From positions 682,001 to 746,000 of the forward strand of contig OZ237737.1 of NCBI GenBank assembly GCA_965178125.1: DNA of 64,000 nucleotides, read 5' to 3'. Shown here piece by piece: positions 36,976-51,069 of the stretch; within the stretch, counting starts at the first letter, position 1; each line of letters opens with the position of its first letter. A program made the position numbers and the translations under genes. The notes under the pieces were generated by a model. The model saw nothing but the letters and a program-made list of their open reading frames with translations. It did no database searches and was not told where the DNA came from. Source of the stretch: Bilabrum cf. latius (lineage: Eukaryota).

Positions 36976-38652
36976 TCACATGGATCCACCTGATCCAGGC
37001 ACACAAGACCGCTTCGCGCGCCTCAGCCACTTGAGGAAAGGGGCACCGCCAGGCGGCACGCGAATGTCAGCTTTCCCGCTCAGATGCTGGGTCACGTAGC
37101 CGGCCGCCATGCGGCCCAGCACCGGTGCGAGCTTGAATGCGTGCCCGGACCCTCCGCCAACCAGTATGACGCCTGGGTCCCACTTGCTGCCATCCAACGA
37201 CTCCCCTTCTTTGGGTGCTGCGTCTGATCCGGATCTGGAGCCCTTGGTGTCACTGCCTGTACCAGTACCTGCGTGGGTACCTGTCGCGGGGCTGTCGTCA
37301 CCCTATCCGTCGCCATTGCGCGGCAGCGGGCCCAGGAGAAAGTCCTCGTCTGCAGTCATCGTGTACAGGCAAGCCTCGCTACTGACAGGAGCAATAGCAG
37401 GCGGTGCGGGCCCCACGCTGCCGGAGGAGCTGGATGCCATATCTGCACCGGCGGAATCCGCTGCCTTTGCGATGATGCTCGGGATCCTGGACTGGCACCA
37501 CCGGTCCAGGCTGTCGTGTGCGAAGGAGCCGGGCTGCGGGACCCACGAATGCTCCCGCATGTCGGGCACTGGCACGCCGGAGTGTGCCGCTACCTTGATC
37601 TAGCCGGGCCTTTCCAGTGGTGGTATTGAGTACACAGGGTGTGGGGGGCTCCAGTCCTCACCCGCGGGTAGTCCAGTCGCAGCGCCTGAAGATCCGCTTG
37701 AGTCGGCTTCGGCTGGCTTCACAGCGGGCGACGACTCGGCCTGAGCAGCACTGGATACCAATGCTGGTGCGCGTTTGTCTGCAGTATCAGCAGCAGCCCC
37801 AGCCTCAGGTTTATCCTCTCCGTAGTCGTTCCCGTAATCAATCAAGACGGGCTAAGCCACCGGCAGCCGCCCCTCGCAGGACCCGGATCCATCGGAGGAA
37901 GGGGCACGGCCGAGCCTGCCGCCCATCGACCTACTTGCTCCTGACAAGGCAAGATAGTGGACATGGACCTTCCATGGAACAAGAGGAAGCTTCTACTGGA
38001 AGAGTTCATGAACTAGCCGTCCCATCCACGCCCCTGTTGCTAGAACGAGAGACTTTGTTTTTATCTCACAGGTTCGATGCGCCTTGCCCGCCACTCGACA
38101 TGCAAACTTGCAGATTTTTGCCCTCTCCGTAGACGTGACTGACACAAGCTCAACATCTTCGATGACCTCACCTCCACTTCCCGTGAAAGCTGCATGCAAC
38201 GCCTGCAAACACTGTCGGGCTCGTAGCACCCCACTCCTCGGCAAGAACCAAGCTTCGTACGACGAAGGCAGATGCACTCCGAACGCAAGACACTCCGCCG
38301 CAGACATTGGCATAATGCTTTCTTTTGCTCGAATAGCCTCAGCCTTTACTTTATTGCCCGGTCTTGAGCCCACAGGAGCCATTTCTAAGGATCCAACTGG
38401 CAGCAGCAACTGCCTGCCTGAAGACTGTTCGAGTCGCTTCCAGCCCGCAAAAGCTTCCTTCATCAACATTTTATATCGCTTAATAGGGTACACAGATCGT
38501 ATTACTCTGCTTTCCCCATGTGACGACCCAAGAGAATGCGACAGAGAAAACCTATCGCACAAGACTACATGATACCCCAACTCTCGCAATATCAGAGCTG
38601 TGTAGGACCCAAGGATACCAGCACCAGCCACTACAACATCAGCAGTAGTCAT
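36976..38652 (-). CDS. FAD-dependent sarcosine/pipecolate oxidase-like enzyme
   Basis: DVVVAGAGILG, GSSHGESRVIR, LATGAW, CLYTMTADEDFLLG, GGGSGHAFKLAPVLG. In-frame TAGs include 37993, 37600 and 37303; TGA at 36976. Confidence 0.9.
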
Positions 38653-38779
38653 AGCGAACACTTTCGTGCTGGTGTATGACGAAAAAGTTGGTTTTTAAGT
38701 TGTGCAAAGCTTGTCATTGAAAAAAGAGGAGGAGAGCAACTACTGTACAAGATGCACGATTGATCCAGACAACTGCACA

Positions 38780-41700
38780 TCAGGACATCGCCACGCTGCC
38801 TTCCTAGTCCACCAGAAGAGCCCAACGAGCTGCTGATTGCACGGAATCAGCAGCATCCGGCCACCGCGATGCAGTGGTCCCAGCGCCTCGACTAGCCCGC
38901 CCGGCCCCATCTCGCCACCCCAGCTGAAAGAGAGCACCGATGTCTTCGAGGAATTCCCAGCGCATGTGCGGTGGAATGGGTAGCAGCGGAACCCACAGCG
39001 CAATGGCTTGCTTGAGCTTGTCCAATCTGGAATGCCTCGGGCGGCCCGGGTGCTCTTGAAACGCATCCTCTGTCACTAGGCCGCCACTTCCTATCTGACT
39101 CGCGGGCTGCTTTGACGCTGCCTTCAACCCAGCCTTCGCGCCAGAATTACTCGGTCTCTTGCCTGCAGCAGGGCTCTTCCCTGCCGCAAATCCACCGGCA
39201 GCAGCAGCAGCAGCCGCCGCCTTGGACCTATCCCTCGCGCGATGCATCCTCCTGGCCTCCTTGAGACCCCTCCAGGGGGCAAGCAGGTCCACGCGGTGCT
39301 TGAAGCGACGGTAGTACATGACGACGTCCACGATCTGAGCCAGGGGCCCGGACATGGCAACGCCGTACTTGGCCACGATAAAGTGCCCCGCGGCCGCGAG
39401 GGACACGTGTTCCCTGATCCGATCCTGGATGGCCCCACCCTCGTCCTCATGCAGAGGGGAGAACAGGGGGACATCGGCGGCGTCTGCAAGGGCGCGCTGA
39501 CCGAGCTTTCTGCCGCTAACTTTGTCCTCATGGGCCTTCTGCTGCAGGAAGAGAACCTCCTCCTCCCGCTGGGCCAGCTCCTGCAGCAACAGCTTCACCA
39601 CTGGGCCTGCCCTGCGTCTCTCGTGGAACCGTGCCTGCCGAGACAGCCTCAGCTGCGTCTCCAGGCGCTGCGATACGCTGCTGTATCGCGGTGCACCATT
39701 TCCGACCCGCCTCCGTTTGCGATCCGGCGCCGTCGAGCTGAATTGGTCCATGAGTGATACCTCGCCGCCGAGTGTGTCGCCGGCTGCATCCGATCCAGCC
39801 ATTGCATCATCAAGTAGCGGACCTGCTGCCGGATCACCCCCAAGGTACTCGTACATTTCTTCCTCCCATAGAACATCCAGTTGGTCCCAAGCGTCGTGAA
39901 ACTGGTCGATTTCCGCCTGGGTCGGTCGGGGCAGGTGCGGGCGGGCTGCAAGCAGACGACGGCGCCTCCTAGCAGCACACTCCTCAACGTGGCGCGCGAT
40001 GGATTCTAGCGAGCCCAGCACCCGCTCCCACTCAGTTGCCTGCTACTTGCTCTTCCTGTGCTCCTGCAAACGGTCCTACGCTGCCCGAAACCCTCGCAAC
40101 GCCACCGCATGGAAAAGCCTCGGGTCGCTCCCATCCCTGCAGAGCTCCCACAGGTCGCCCAGCACAGCCTGAACGTCAGCAGGATGGCAGCAGCCTGCCA
40201 GCCTTACGCAGAGACTCTCCCACCCCCAAACCTCCCTCGGAAATCCTGTCCACACGCGCCGGGAGGCCAGAGGGGCGCTCCATGTCGGAGGCCACTCGCT
40301 GCTTGAGCCGGCCTGCATGCCCAATCCTGGAGCCAGCTCCAGTAACCCTGGGGCATTCCACCGCGACAAAAATGAAGCTGTTTTTTGCACATGTTCCCAC
40401 GCTTGCTTCTCAGTATCGGATCCAATTGCTACCGTTGGAGCAAATCCCATCACTGTTGCCCTGCGACGATCCAGCAGCGCAACAGAGCCTGATGATTGGG
40501 CAGCCGCGAGCGATGCATCGTCGCTGCCGCGGACGGAGCTGCTCGCACTCGCTGCATTTGCAGAACTGCCACCAGCAGGGTGCAATGCTGCTGCTGCGGA
40601 GCTAGAGCTGCTGCTCTCCGGCGCGGCTCGTGCGCCTGCTGCAACTTGCACCTCTCCAGCCAGAGGAATCAATCCACCCTTCGCGTCGCTTCGTCGCGCC
40701 TCATCCGCAGCAGTCCCTACGTGAGACTCCATCGCTGCTTGAGCTTTCGTTTCGAAAGCTGGTACCCTCTAGGTAGAGACGCTAGGTTGCGAACCCCTCG
40801 CAAAGCTGCTCGGTAGAACGCCGTATGGAAGTACCTCCTCGTGCTGCCGCGTAGTCTCGATCCACGACGACTAACTTTCCGCGGGGAGAGACGACGCTGA
40901 CCCTTGCCTGCCATCGCGCACAGCTGCAGCTGGGGGAATCAGCTCTCCGCGCCCCACTCCGCACTCATTAGAGACCTCCTGAACCGCTGCCTCTAGAGTT
41001 GCTGAGGCACTGGATGCCTCCGCGCCATGAGCCAGGTACACTCCCTTCGAATGCCACGACACCGACCTGCCCAGTACCGGGATACCCAGTGCGCCTGCCA
41101 CCCCAGACTTTACAGCAGTAAACCTGCCCACAGGCTCAGCTGCGCTGCCCTGGATAGGCCTTCCGATGGCTGCCCTAAGGTTTTCCCGAAGCTGCTGCAG
41201 TCGCTGCCTCCTATTTGCGCAAACCTGCGCATGTCTGGAGAGTGCCGACTGCCAGATGAATGATGCGGCCCCGGTCACAGCGATGCGTCGTGCCTGCTGT
41301 GCAACAGCCTGAATGTCGGCAGATACGGATAGGCCTATTTCGTCTCCAACCCCTTCAGTTGTAGCGGCCTTCGATTCGCTGCCATGAATTGAGTCGTCAG
41401 CAAGCTATGGGGCCTCCCGCATGCCACTACTGCTAGCAGCAGCAGAAGCGCTTGGGCGGCTGCTTTCAGACGAGATCACGCCACCCCCCAAACTAGCCTA
41501 GAGCATTCTGTACCCTTCAAGTTCCATGGGGATCCTGAATGGAATCGGCACGCCTTTCTGCTGCACGACGTAGAACGCGTTCAGGTCGCTGTGTGCACTG
41601 GCAGCCTCGGGGTTGAACGGGGATACAATCAGGCCAACAAAAGGAGAGAACGAATCACCCCTGCTTGCAGATCGACCGGTCCGAGCAGCGTCGTCGACAT

Positions 41701-44122
41701 TCTACTCTGCGAATATAGCTTGCAACATTAGCTGATTCTCACAGTCCTTCAGTGACGGGGTTGTCGAAAACGCTGGGTGCGAGTGATACCAGCCCACTAT
41801 GTCCAGCCCAGCAGCACGCACCTGCGCACGCACCTCCATTTCAGACACAGGATCTAGCTCCACGTTGGTCTCTGCATCTGCAAGGTCGCTTGTCCACTCG
41901 CCGGACTAATCCTGCATCCCGCTGCTGCCGGGCGCCTCGTCCTCCTCCATTGCAAGTGCACGGCAGGCAAAAGCCCTCGAAATCCAGAGGGTGCTGGAAT
42001 CGCGATCAAAACTGCCAGCAAGCAAGCCAATAATCTCTGTGCGTGCGCAATGAGAATGGATATCCATCACAAGTGCAGCTTCCGGCAGCAGGCGAACCCG
42101 GAACGGGTGCCTGGCCGCACCCGCCATACCCCTCGTGCGACTGCTGTCGGCTGCCGCCGCTACTGCAGCAGCCATCTCTTTGGCAGTCGACGCTGCCTGT
42201 TTCACTTGGTCTTGCGGCAGCTCCAGCGAGCCGGCTAGTGAAGCCGCAGCGCTAGCCTCCAGTTCGGCATCGGGGATGAACTCGGAACACTCGATCTAAA
42301 CCAGCGGATGCACAGTGCCCTTCTAATACTGCCTGCTGTACAGTACTGCTGCCGAGAGAGCCTTATTACTATCTATTGATACCCTACTAACAGCGGCAGT
42401 CCCCACTGCGTGTCCCGACGCGTCTTTTGCTGCCGTGGTGCCGTGGCTACCAAACTGTACACTGGAGGAGGCTGCTTGACTCGGATTCGACCCAGTACGG
42501 CTGGAAGATGAAGGCTTGGAAGCCTTGACTTTCCTGGATGTTTTTGTTCCACTAGATCTCTTTGTTAAACTCGCACTGGTGCGTGCCAATGCTGTGAGGC
42601 TCGCAGTCACGCTACTGCTCTCGTGCGGGCCACCGTTGCACGTGTGCGGGAATCCTGGCGAGGTGCACCAGGGCCAGTATGACACTAGCGGGCCCTCCTA
42701 ACCGCCACCCTACTGCCCTCTCGGAATGCTACTGTCCCCTGACAAGCCCTAACCTTTCCCACCAAGATGCACGCTATACATGGACACTGCTGTGGTTCCC
42801 AGGCCATTCACCAGAGCAAGGGCCAGGTGGCCCTCCGCGTCCGGTACCAGTGCCTCGCCCCTGCCAAGGCGAGCGCTGAAGCTGCACAAGTCGGAAGCTG
42901 ATAGTTGCATACCAGTGTCGCCGTCATCATCTCCGTCGCTCATAGGCGCCTGGGCCCTGGCTCGTATGCTCGGCCGAGACTGGCGCACAGCTGCAGCCTG
43001 CTTGTCGGTCGAGGCAGCGCAGGTGGCTGCCGCATCAACAGCCACGCCGGTCGCGGCCAACCCTGACCTTGCTACACGACAGGCGAGGACAAATCCACTG
43101 TGTGGGATCTTGGGAGGGTCTACATCCGTGGACGATCCCGAGCTCGACGATTCGACTGCAGCCGACGAGGCAGACGACTGCGACGGTGATTGTGCGCTAG
43201 ATTTAGCGCCAACTGATGCAACAGCATGACCAGAATCCTCATGCTACGCTTTATTATCAAGTTGAAATGCTGGTACGAACGAATGCCGATCTTTGCCCAG
43301 CCAGAATGCCGGGGTGCGATACCCACTAAGGACTCCTTTCCAGCATGACCCAAGAGCCACCGAATCGCGTTCGCTACCAAGGTATTCTTGCCCCCAAATA
43401 GAGGACTTTGCAGTCATATCTGACGCAAAAAGTGTCTAAGTTTGGTGACTATGTCTGACAGTATCTGCCGCGCGCTACTTTGCCGCCCTGTGAACTCGGT
43501 TGGCGATGTCATCAGCGTGGCTGCCAAGCCCCCGCTGCTCTAGCAGGAACGGAATCACCCCAAAGTGCAACGGGGGCACCTCATCGTCCACTTCAGAAGA
43601 CAGTGCCATACCCGGTCGCACAATAGGGGGGCCCCCGAGAGCCGTCGATTCCAGGCTCAATTGATGAGAAGACACGATACGAGCAATAGTAGCTGCAGTT
43701 GGTAAAGCTACCGGCGCCACGCCATTGACCCGGCCGGAGAAAGAATTGCTTAACTTCGACGACGACATCTTTTGCCTCCCAGAATCACCAATTGCAACAA
43801 TTTCTTTCCTAGATCGCTTCGAACCCGCCCGATTTCGGTCTTGGGCGGGGCGGCCCCGACTTGCTTGCCCAAGTTTTTTGCGCTATGGCATGTCTTCCTC
43901 CTGGGGCTCTGCGACTAACTCACTTGATGAAACACTTATTCTTGCCCGTGAACTCGGAGTTTGCCTCCTAATTGGACGTGTGGACGCCGCAGTCTTCGCA
44001 GTTGACGTTGCGGCTGAGCCAATGCCAGGAGAGCGCAACGGGACCAGTGCAGAGGCTGGCCTCTCCGCATCATGAGACTGTGAAACGCCTGAATACTTAA
44101 GTCGAACCTGCACTCGCCTCAT
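38780..44122 (-). CDS. MPN+/JAMM metalloprotease (MPND/MYSM1-like deubiquitinase), ~1780 aa
   Basis: One frame, open apart from ~18 TAGs. VMDIHSH...TEIIGLLAG...VELDPVSE...VGWYHSHPAFSTTPSLKD...PFVGLIVSPF at about 41560-42100. C-terminal YYRRF..RVDLL..W...DKLKQAI. TGA at 38780. Confidence 0.82.
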
Positions 44123-44236
44123 TCCTTGATACACGCAATTGTAGCATCAGCAAAAATTCAAACCCGATTGTCCCAAAAGTGCACGCTATTTATCTCGAAA
44201 CCGACCTAACCCAAGACAAAGATCCAGCTTGCCAGC

Positions 44237-47200
44237 ATGAGTGACAGCGATTCAGACTCTAGCTTTTCGGATGTAGGAAGCCTTTCTGATGCAGAGCCTG
44301 TTGAGCATACTTCAGCCGAGGAAGAATCATCTGGGGTTGTGGTAGCCGCCAGCGGGGCGGGGTCGTCACCAGTGGAGCCCAGTGTGGATGGCGAGGAGGA
44401 ACACCTTATAGAAGACAGGGACTGGTTCGCGGTCTTGAAGGGTGTCTTTGAAAGCGCTAGCCTGTCGACGGCGAACGAAGAAAGATTCCTTGCAGTGTTG
44501 AAGGACCAAGAATACACGAGTGGAGACTACATCGTAAAGCAAGGGTCCGAGGGCGACAGCTTCTTTATCATTGTAGAAGGCGACGCAGTTGTTCGAGAGG
44601 ATGCCAAGAAACCAGGCGATTAGCCGCGCGATCTCGTTACACTGCACAGCGGAGCTCATTTTGGCGAGTTCAGCCTGTTGCGCAGCCAGCCTCGTGTGGC
44701 TTCAGTCGTTGCCGTAGATACCGTGCGATGCAAAGTCATGAACAAGGCTGACTTTGAAGCAATCATGCAGGATGAGCCAAAGTTCAAGGAAATTATCACT
44801 GGACTGGTCGAAGAGACGGAACGCACCCGCAAGAAGCGCGAGCTGGTGCGATCCAAGGCCGGGACGCGCAAGAAGGTTTACGTCACGGGAAATCCGAAGC
44901 TGAAAGTCACAGACACAGTAACGCACTCGAAAGATGAGCAAGGTTTGCGCCGCCTGAACAACTACGTGCTGCGTCGCAAGCTTGGTCAGGGCTCGTTTGG
45001 CACCGTGTGGCTCGGCCAGGACACGACGGCTGACGAGGGCGCGGCGCTGGAGGACACTTTTGTGGCCATCAAGGCTCTAGACAAGCTCAGGCTGCGCAAG
45101 AAGCGCCTAGGCATCACCGACGAGGAGCTCATGCGTGAGGTGGCAGTGATGAAGCTGCTCCGCCACGAGAACATTGTGTCTCTCATCGAGGTCATGGAGG
45201 ACAAAGACCCCACCAGCAATCGGGACATCCTTTACATGGTGCAGGAATTCATGGCCAATGGGTCTATCATGGAGGAAGAAGAGTATCAGGACCCGCTGGA
45301 CCCGGAGGTGGCCCGTCAGTACTTTCGAGACGTGCTCAAAGGTCTAGAGTACCTGCACTTCCAGCGGGTGTCACACCGGGACATCAAGCCCAGCAACGTG
45401 CTCATAAACAACGACAAGGAAAACCCACAGGCCAAGCTCGCCGATTTCGGAGTGGCTGCTGTGCTCCCTGATGACTCCAACATGCTAAGGGACCCGCAGG
45501 GTACGCCCGCGTACATGGCCCCGGAGCTGTTCGACGATGCAGCCGAGCACGGCTACGACGGCTTCTAGGCCGACGTGTACTCGCTGGGTGCAACGCTCTT
45601 TAACCTAGTGGTGGGCAGGCCGCCCTTCCTAGCCAACTCGCAGGCAGAGCTCAGCAAGATGGTGGAGGAGCAAGGGGTCAGCATCCCGGCCAAGGTCAGC
45701 TCGCACTCGCTGCGGCATCTGCTGCGCGCCATGCTGGAAAAGGACCCCAAGAAACGATTAACCCTGTCTCAGATCATGCAGCATGACTGGGTAACCGTGG
45801 AGGGCTCAGAACCCATCGCAGGCACAAACTATGTGAGGGTCACCAAGGCGGCGGGGGCCGGGGCTGCGGGCGGGGGTGCGGGCGGTGGCCCGGGTATATT
45901 GCGCCGGCTAGACTCGTCCAGCAAGTCTATCGCGAGCAAGATGGCCTCGGGCGCCGGGCGAGTGGTTCGGGGCTCGCGACGCACCCGTCGGTCCAGTCTG
46001 CACCGCTCGGATGCCACGAAGGGAGGCATTGATGCCGCTGTGGCAGCGGCCCAAGCAGCAGCCGCGGCCGAAGCCAGCGGTGGCACTACTGCTGCTGCTG
46101 GAAAGGCGGGTGGTGGAGAGGGCGGCGGCGCCACGCCTGTTCCTCGCATCATCGGCATTGGCAAGAGCAAGTCAAACAGGAAGCTCTCGGAGCAAGCCAG
46201 GCAGGCCCAGCAGAGCCACCTGGAGACACTCAGGAGGAAGAGGTTCCAGCTGCTGGCTAGTCTGGACCTCTCCGACCAGGACAAGGACCAGATGCTGGAG
46301 CATTAGCGCTTGCCAATCCACGGCTCACGCGCGCACGTCACCATTGAAGAGATTGTGATCGATGACTCGCCCGCAAAGGTCGAGGCGAGTGGCGCCTATT
46401 CTAGCGCTGCCGAGGCTGCGCCAGCGGAGGGGTCGATGAGAGCTGCTGCCATGGCCGCGCACGATGGTGGTGCTGGACCAGCTGGTGAGGATTCTCCCAT
46501 GCCTGGCCAGAAGCTGCCTGGAGCTAGCTTCCTGTTCCGGCAAGCCAGTCTTCGCCCGCGCGAAGAGTCCGAATCGCCAACGAACGAAGGCGATGCCAGG
46601 GTCCGCACTGCCTCTGGGTCGGGCTCGGTGCTTAGCCGCGGGATGAGCAACTATGAGGGGAGGAGGCTGATGGTGTCGAATCGAACGCAGTCCAGCGTTG
46701 ATCTGGGGGCTGCTCTATACGGGTACGCAGGATCCGTTGTGTCTTAGGATCGGCATGGACACTATGGCAGCTAGGCGAGCCAGGCAGGGCAGAGCCGGCG
46801 AGACGGGTCGGTTTCAGGGTCTACTTCTGGGGGCTTGCGCCGAGGGTTTCCAAGCCGGTACACCTCGATGGGGTCGGAGGGCGGTACGGAAGACCAGTTT
46901 GGGCCCCTGCTCGGGGCCGATATTGCTGGCAACGCGCTGGTGACGGCGCTGTCGCGGTCACGGTCCATGCGATACATGTTCGGCAGCGTTATGTAGGCAT
47001 CGAGGCCGAGGAGCAATAGCAGCAGCGGCTCTTCAGAAGCTGAGAAATCACACTCTGGAATGCTACCAACCATTGCTGCGGCTGGTGCGGCGCTCGGCGG
47101 TGCTTCAACGTAGGGATCGATGGGTGTGCGAACATATGCCCAGCGGCGCAAGCGAGGTCGACAAATCGGCACGCACGAACGCAGGCACTCGGCACCCCCT

Positions 47201-50200
47201 ACTGTGATGCTGGAGCCGTCTGCACTGGCGCTGTTGCTCGCGGCAGAGAACGGGCTAGCTATTGGACGTCCGAAGCCCAGGCACCCGGAGCCTGTTGTCC
47301 TCCCGAAGAGCAAAATCCCTTTCCAGGCGGGAGCCTCTGATGGGGAGTCTTCGGCTACAAAGGGTCTCCTGGCGAGTGGCAGCCAGAGCTCAGACGGTGC
47401 CAGCGCGCCTAGGTCGTTGCCGTAGCCGCCTGGCATTCGCGTGCCCAGAAGGGCCTCTCGTCCATGGATGCGGGCGCAGCCAGCCTTCGTGATGGCACCG
47501 CTGGCGAGGGCCCCCTCGCTGATAGAGAACGAGTGGATCTCTTCCATTACGCCGATGGCGCACGAAACCCGCAGCCCCAAGCTGGGAAGCACAGCCGATA
47601 CCGGCCCGGTGGTTGGTGCAGCTGGCCCGTTGCCCCCCCCGCTTCGAGCCGAAGAGACCGCCCCCATGTCAGACGGGGATTCTGGGTCCCGGTTGCACAC
47701 CGACCGGAGCACGGGGCTCGACAAGATCCTGGAAGGGATTGGCGGCGTGCAGGAGGTGGACGAGGTGCACGGCGTAGATGACGATGGGCGCGAGAACAGC
47801 GACTATGGGGACGTGCACTCCCTTAGCAGAGACCGGGACGATGACACAGGCAACAGCGGAGCCAGCCAGGGCAGCGGTGGCGAGCAGCCGGTGCAGAGCC
47901 TTCGGGAGGCGGGGGATACTGTGGCTGTCGGTGTGGCGCCCCGGACACGCGCTGGCTCCAAGGATGGCAAGGGCAGCCTGGTGGGCACCAAGTCACTCGC
48001 CAACATCATGCACGCCAGCAAGGGCGAGCTCCTGCGGGATGGTGCCAGCGAAGCCGTTGGGACCGTTGAGTCATTTTCGTAGGGATCTAAACCGACCAGT
48101 GCCGCCACGGCAGTGACAGAGGCGCAGACAGCTGGCAGCAATGTGCCAACCCATGTATCAGGTGGATCCGGCATCAGCAGTGGGCTGCGGCGGTCTGGCA
48201 GCATGCCTGGGCAGTCTGGTGCGGGCAACGCGGCGGTGGTTCGGGCGAGCATGGCCATGGCACGCCAGATGTCCAGCAAGCCCGTTGCGCCCCCGCCACT
48301 ACCCCCTTCAGTGTCGCGCGTCGCGACGCCTGGCAAATCAGAGTCTCCTGCCGGTGACTTGCGTGGCAGTGGCGTGGCTAGGAGAGGGCATGGCGATACA
48401 GGGAGCGTTTGGACCACCGCAGTCCGCCACCTGCCGCGGCATGTGCGGATGGGGATCCGCCGCCGGTCCATGGGCATGCCTCCCCTCCCCATGCTCCGGA
48501 TGAAGGAAGCCAGCAACCATGGCTCCAGATCCATTCGCACGCAGGGGTCCAGCGCAGCCGCTGGGGGTGCTCGCCTGCTACCGCCCGCAGGGGCTCCCCA
48601 CCTGCCGCCGCGAGGCGGGCCGCAGGGCGTATCTGGGGACTCATCGCAATCTGGCGACACCGGCAGCGTGTCCTCGAGCTCGCATCCCGCCGGCAGCCTG
48701 TCGCGCACGGGCAGTCTGAGGGACGCGCCCCCCGGGACGTCCTTCAAGGGCAGGACCCTCACGAGGCAGGCGGATTTCCTCATGGTGACGGAGAACGTGG
48801 GCACCACGGCCGCTGGGGAAACCGTGAAGAAGGCTGTGATATTTCGATCGAAAGGAGACACGGGGCTCTCCATTGCCACGACCAACATGGACAAGAAGAC
48901 GCTGGAGAGGGCCAAGTCCAAGGCCTCCAAGCGCAGCCTGTTGAGCTCCAAGTCATCCCAGCAGAGGCTCAGCGATGGTGGGTCGCAAGGCGACATGCTT
49001 GACAGCGGTCGGCCGTCACCTGGTGGAGTTGTTGCGGTAGACAGCGGAAGTGACAGCGATGACCTGGGCCTCGATGGCGAGGTTGTGCAGCTGGTCAAGA
49101 CAGGTGAGGCATCCTCTGGATCCGCAGAGGATGGTGGGGCCAAGGACCTAACGGAGGAAGACGTCGGGCGCGGTCTGACCCGCATGGGCAGCCGCAGCAA
49201 GCAGGCCCTCCGCATGCGAATCAATCCCACGGTAACCGAGGGAGAGGCGGAGGACATCTCGAGCGAAGACTCGGACAGCGACTACAGCGACCTGATGGAG
49301 GAGGAGACTGGCGACGGCGAGGCCACCGGAGAGCTTAAGGATGTCACGGACATGCTGGACGATGTGCTGGGGCTGAATGAGGAGGCCGTGGTCAAAGTGG
49401 ACGACGAGCTGGAAGCCCTCAGCGACGCGGACCTTGACTCTGACGACGACGGGGACAGCAAGACGGGCAGCGACTCGCAGGCACAGGGAACACCGAGGTC
49501 TGCTGCGGTGACGCCGCGCTTGACCGGCCGTCGGCTCGGCATGTTTGCGTCGCCGGGGTCCGCTGCTGCAGGTGGCGCTGGTTCGAGCGGGGCGGCCGCT
49601 CCGGCAGCGAAGCCGGAAGCAGGCAAGAAGTACCGCGGTGTTGATGTGGCTCGCACGCACGGCTCGCAGACGAACGCCGAGCTGCAGCTGTCGATGGCCT
49701 CGGCCGAGGTCCAGGGCAAGCGCTCGACCATGGAGGACCGCAGCATCGCTCTCGTCCAGGTGGGGGCTGCGCTGGGCGACGAGATCGAAGCAAGTGATGG
49801 CAGCGCGGTGCCGCCGGCAAAGGCGCCCACCACGTCCTATTTCGGAGTGTATGACGGGCACAACGGGCAGGAGTGCTCTCAGGCGCTGCAGGATGAGCTT
49901 CACCTGGCCGTGTGGGAGTCCGTGCGTGGCAAGGAGGACAGCAAGGGTGTGGCGGAGGGCCTGCGGGAGGCCTTCTTGGCTGTTGATGACCACTATACCG
50001 CGGGGTCGATCGAGCGCGAGAAAGCGAACCGCGGCAAGTACATGTTCTGCGGCTCAACCGCGATCGTGGCCCTGGTGCGCGAAGAGCCAGTGGACGAGGG
50101 CGAGGTGTACCTGCCTGAGGAGATCGCCGATCGGCGGGGGGCAGAGGAGGACCTCCCGGAGGCTGAGGTGAAGCGCATTCATCTGGAGGACGGCAGGGTG

Positions 50201-50941
50201 CTCGCACCCGTGCTGTACGTGGCCAATGCGGGTGACTGCCGCGCGGTGCTTTCGCGTGCAGGCCGTGCCATTGACCTGAGCGAGGACCACAAGCCCTCCC
50301 TCCCAGAGGAGAAGGCGAGGATCGAGGCCGCGGGAGGGTGGGTGCATAACGGCAGGCTGCATGGCGTGCTGGGAGTCGCAAGGGCGTTCGGAGACGCTGA
50401 GCACAAGCACCTGAAGGAAAAATCGTGGGGCAAAGAATTCAAATCGGACCCACTGGTGGCGGACCCGGACGTGCACGTGGAGGCTGTGGGGCCTCGAGAT
50501 GAGTTTTTGATCCTGGCATGTGACGGGCTGTGGGACGTCATGGGCAGCCAGTAGGCCGTCAACTACGTGCGTTAGGCTGTCCGGAAGCATCACGACCTGC
50601 AGGAAGCAGCAGCGGGCCTTGTCTCTAAGGCCATCGGCATGAACTCGGCCGACAACGTGTCGGTGATCGTGGTTGCCTTCAACCAGAGGTGGTGCGCCAA
50701 GGGAGTGTTCCAGAGCCGCTCCATGGGCTCAAGCCTAGCTCTCGTTGAGGACGCTTCCGCTCTAGACGCGGCAGCCGCGGCCCCTCGGCAGGAAGAAGCA
50801 GGGACGGTAGCTGCCAGTGGTGGGGCGGGCACCGTGGCTTCTTCGGCGGGAGGGGCCGTGTCTGGGGACATGCTGGGAGGCGATTCCGATTCGGATTCAG
50901 ATGACGATGACGATGATGGAGACGCCCTGGAGGAGTGGTGA
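44237..50941 (+). CDS. cNMP-binding domain + CAMKK-like Ser/Thr kinase + PP2C phosphatase fusion (~2234 aa)
   Basis: cNMP: IVKQGSEGDSFFIIVEG, HFGEFSLL..QPRVASV. Kinase: LGQGSFGTV, VAIK, HRDIKPSN, DFG, GTPAYMAPE. PP2C: GKRSTMED, GVYDGHNG, ANAGDCRAV, DHKP, LACDGLWD, SADNVSV. One frame with 11 TAGs; TGA at 50939-50941. Confidence 0.88.
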
Positions 50942-51069
50942 CCAACCACCCCCGTAACTTGTCTTGCATTGCACTGTACTAACTCGCTGTGACTCGGAGC
51001 CAGTCTGCGTCATCGGCACCGAACGTACACCTCATCAAACCTGTTCCTGGCATCGATTGACTTCTCTGC

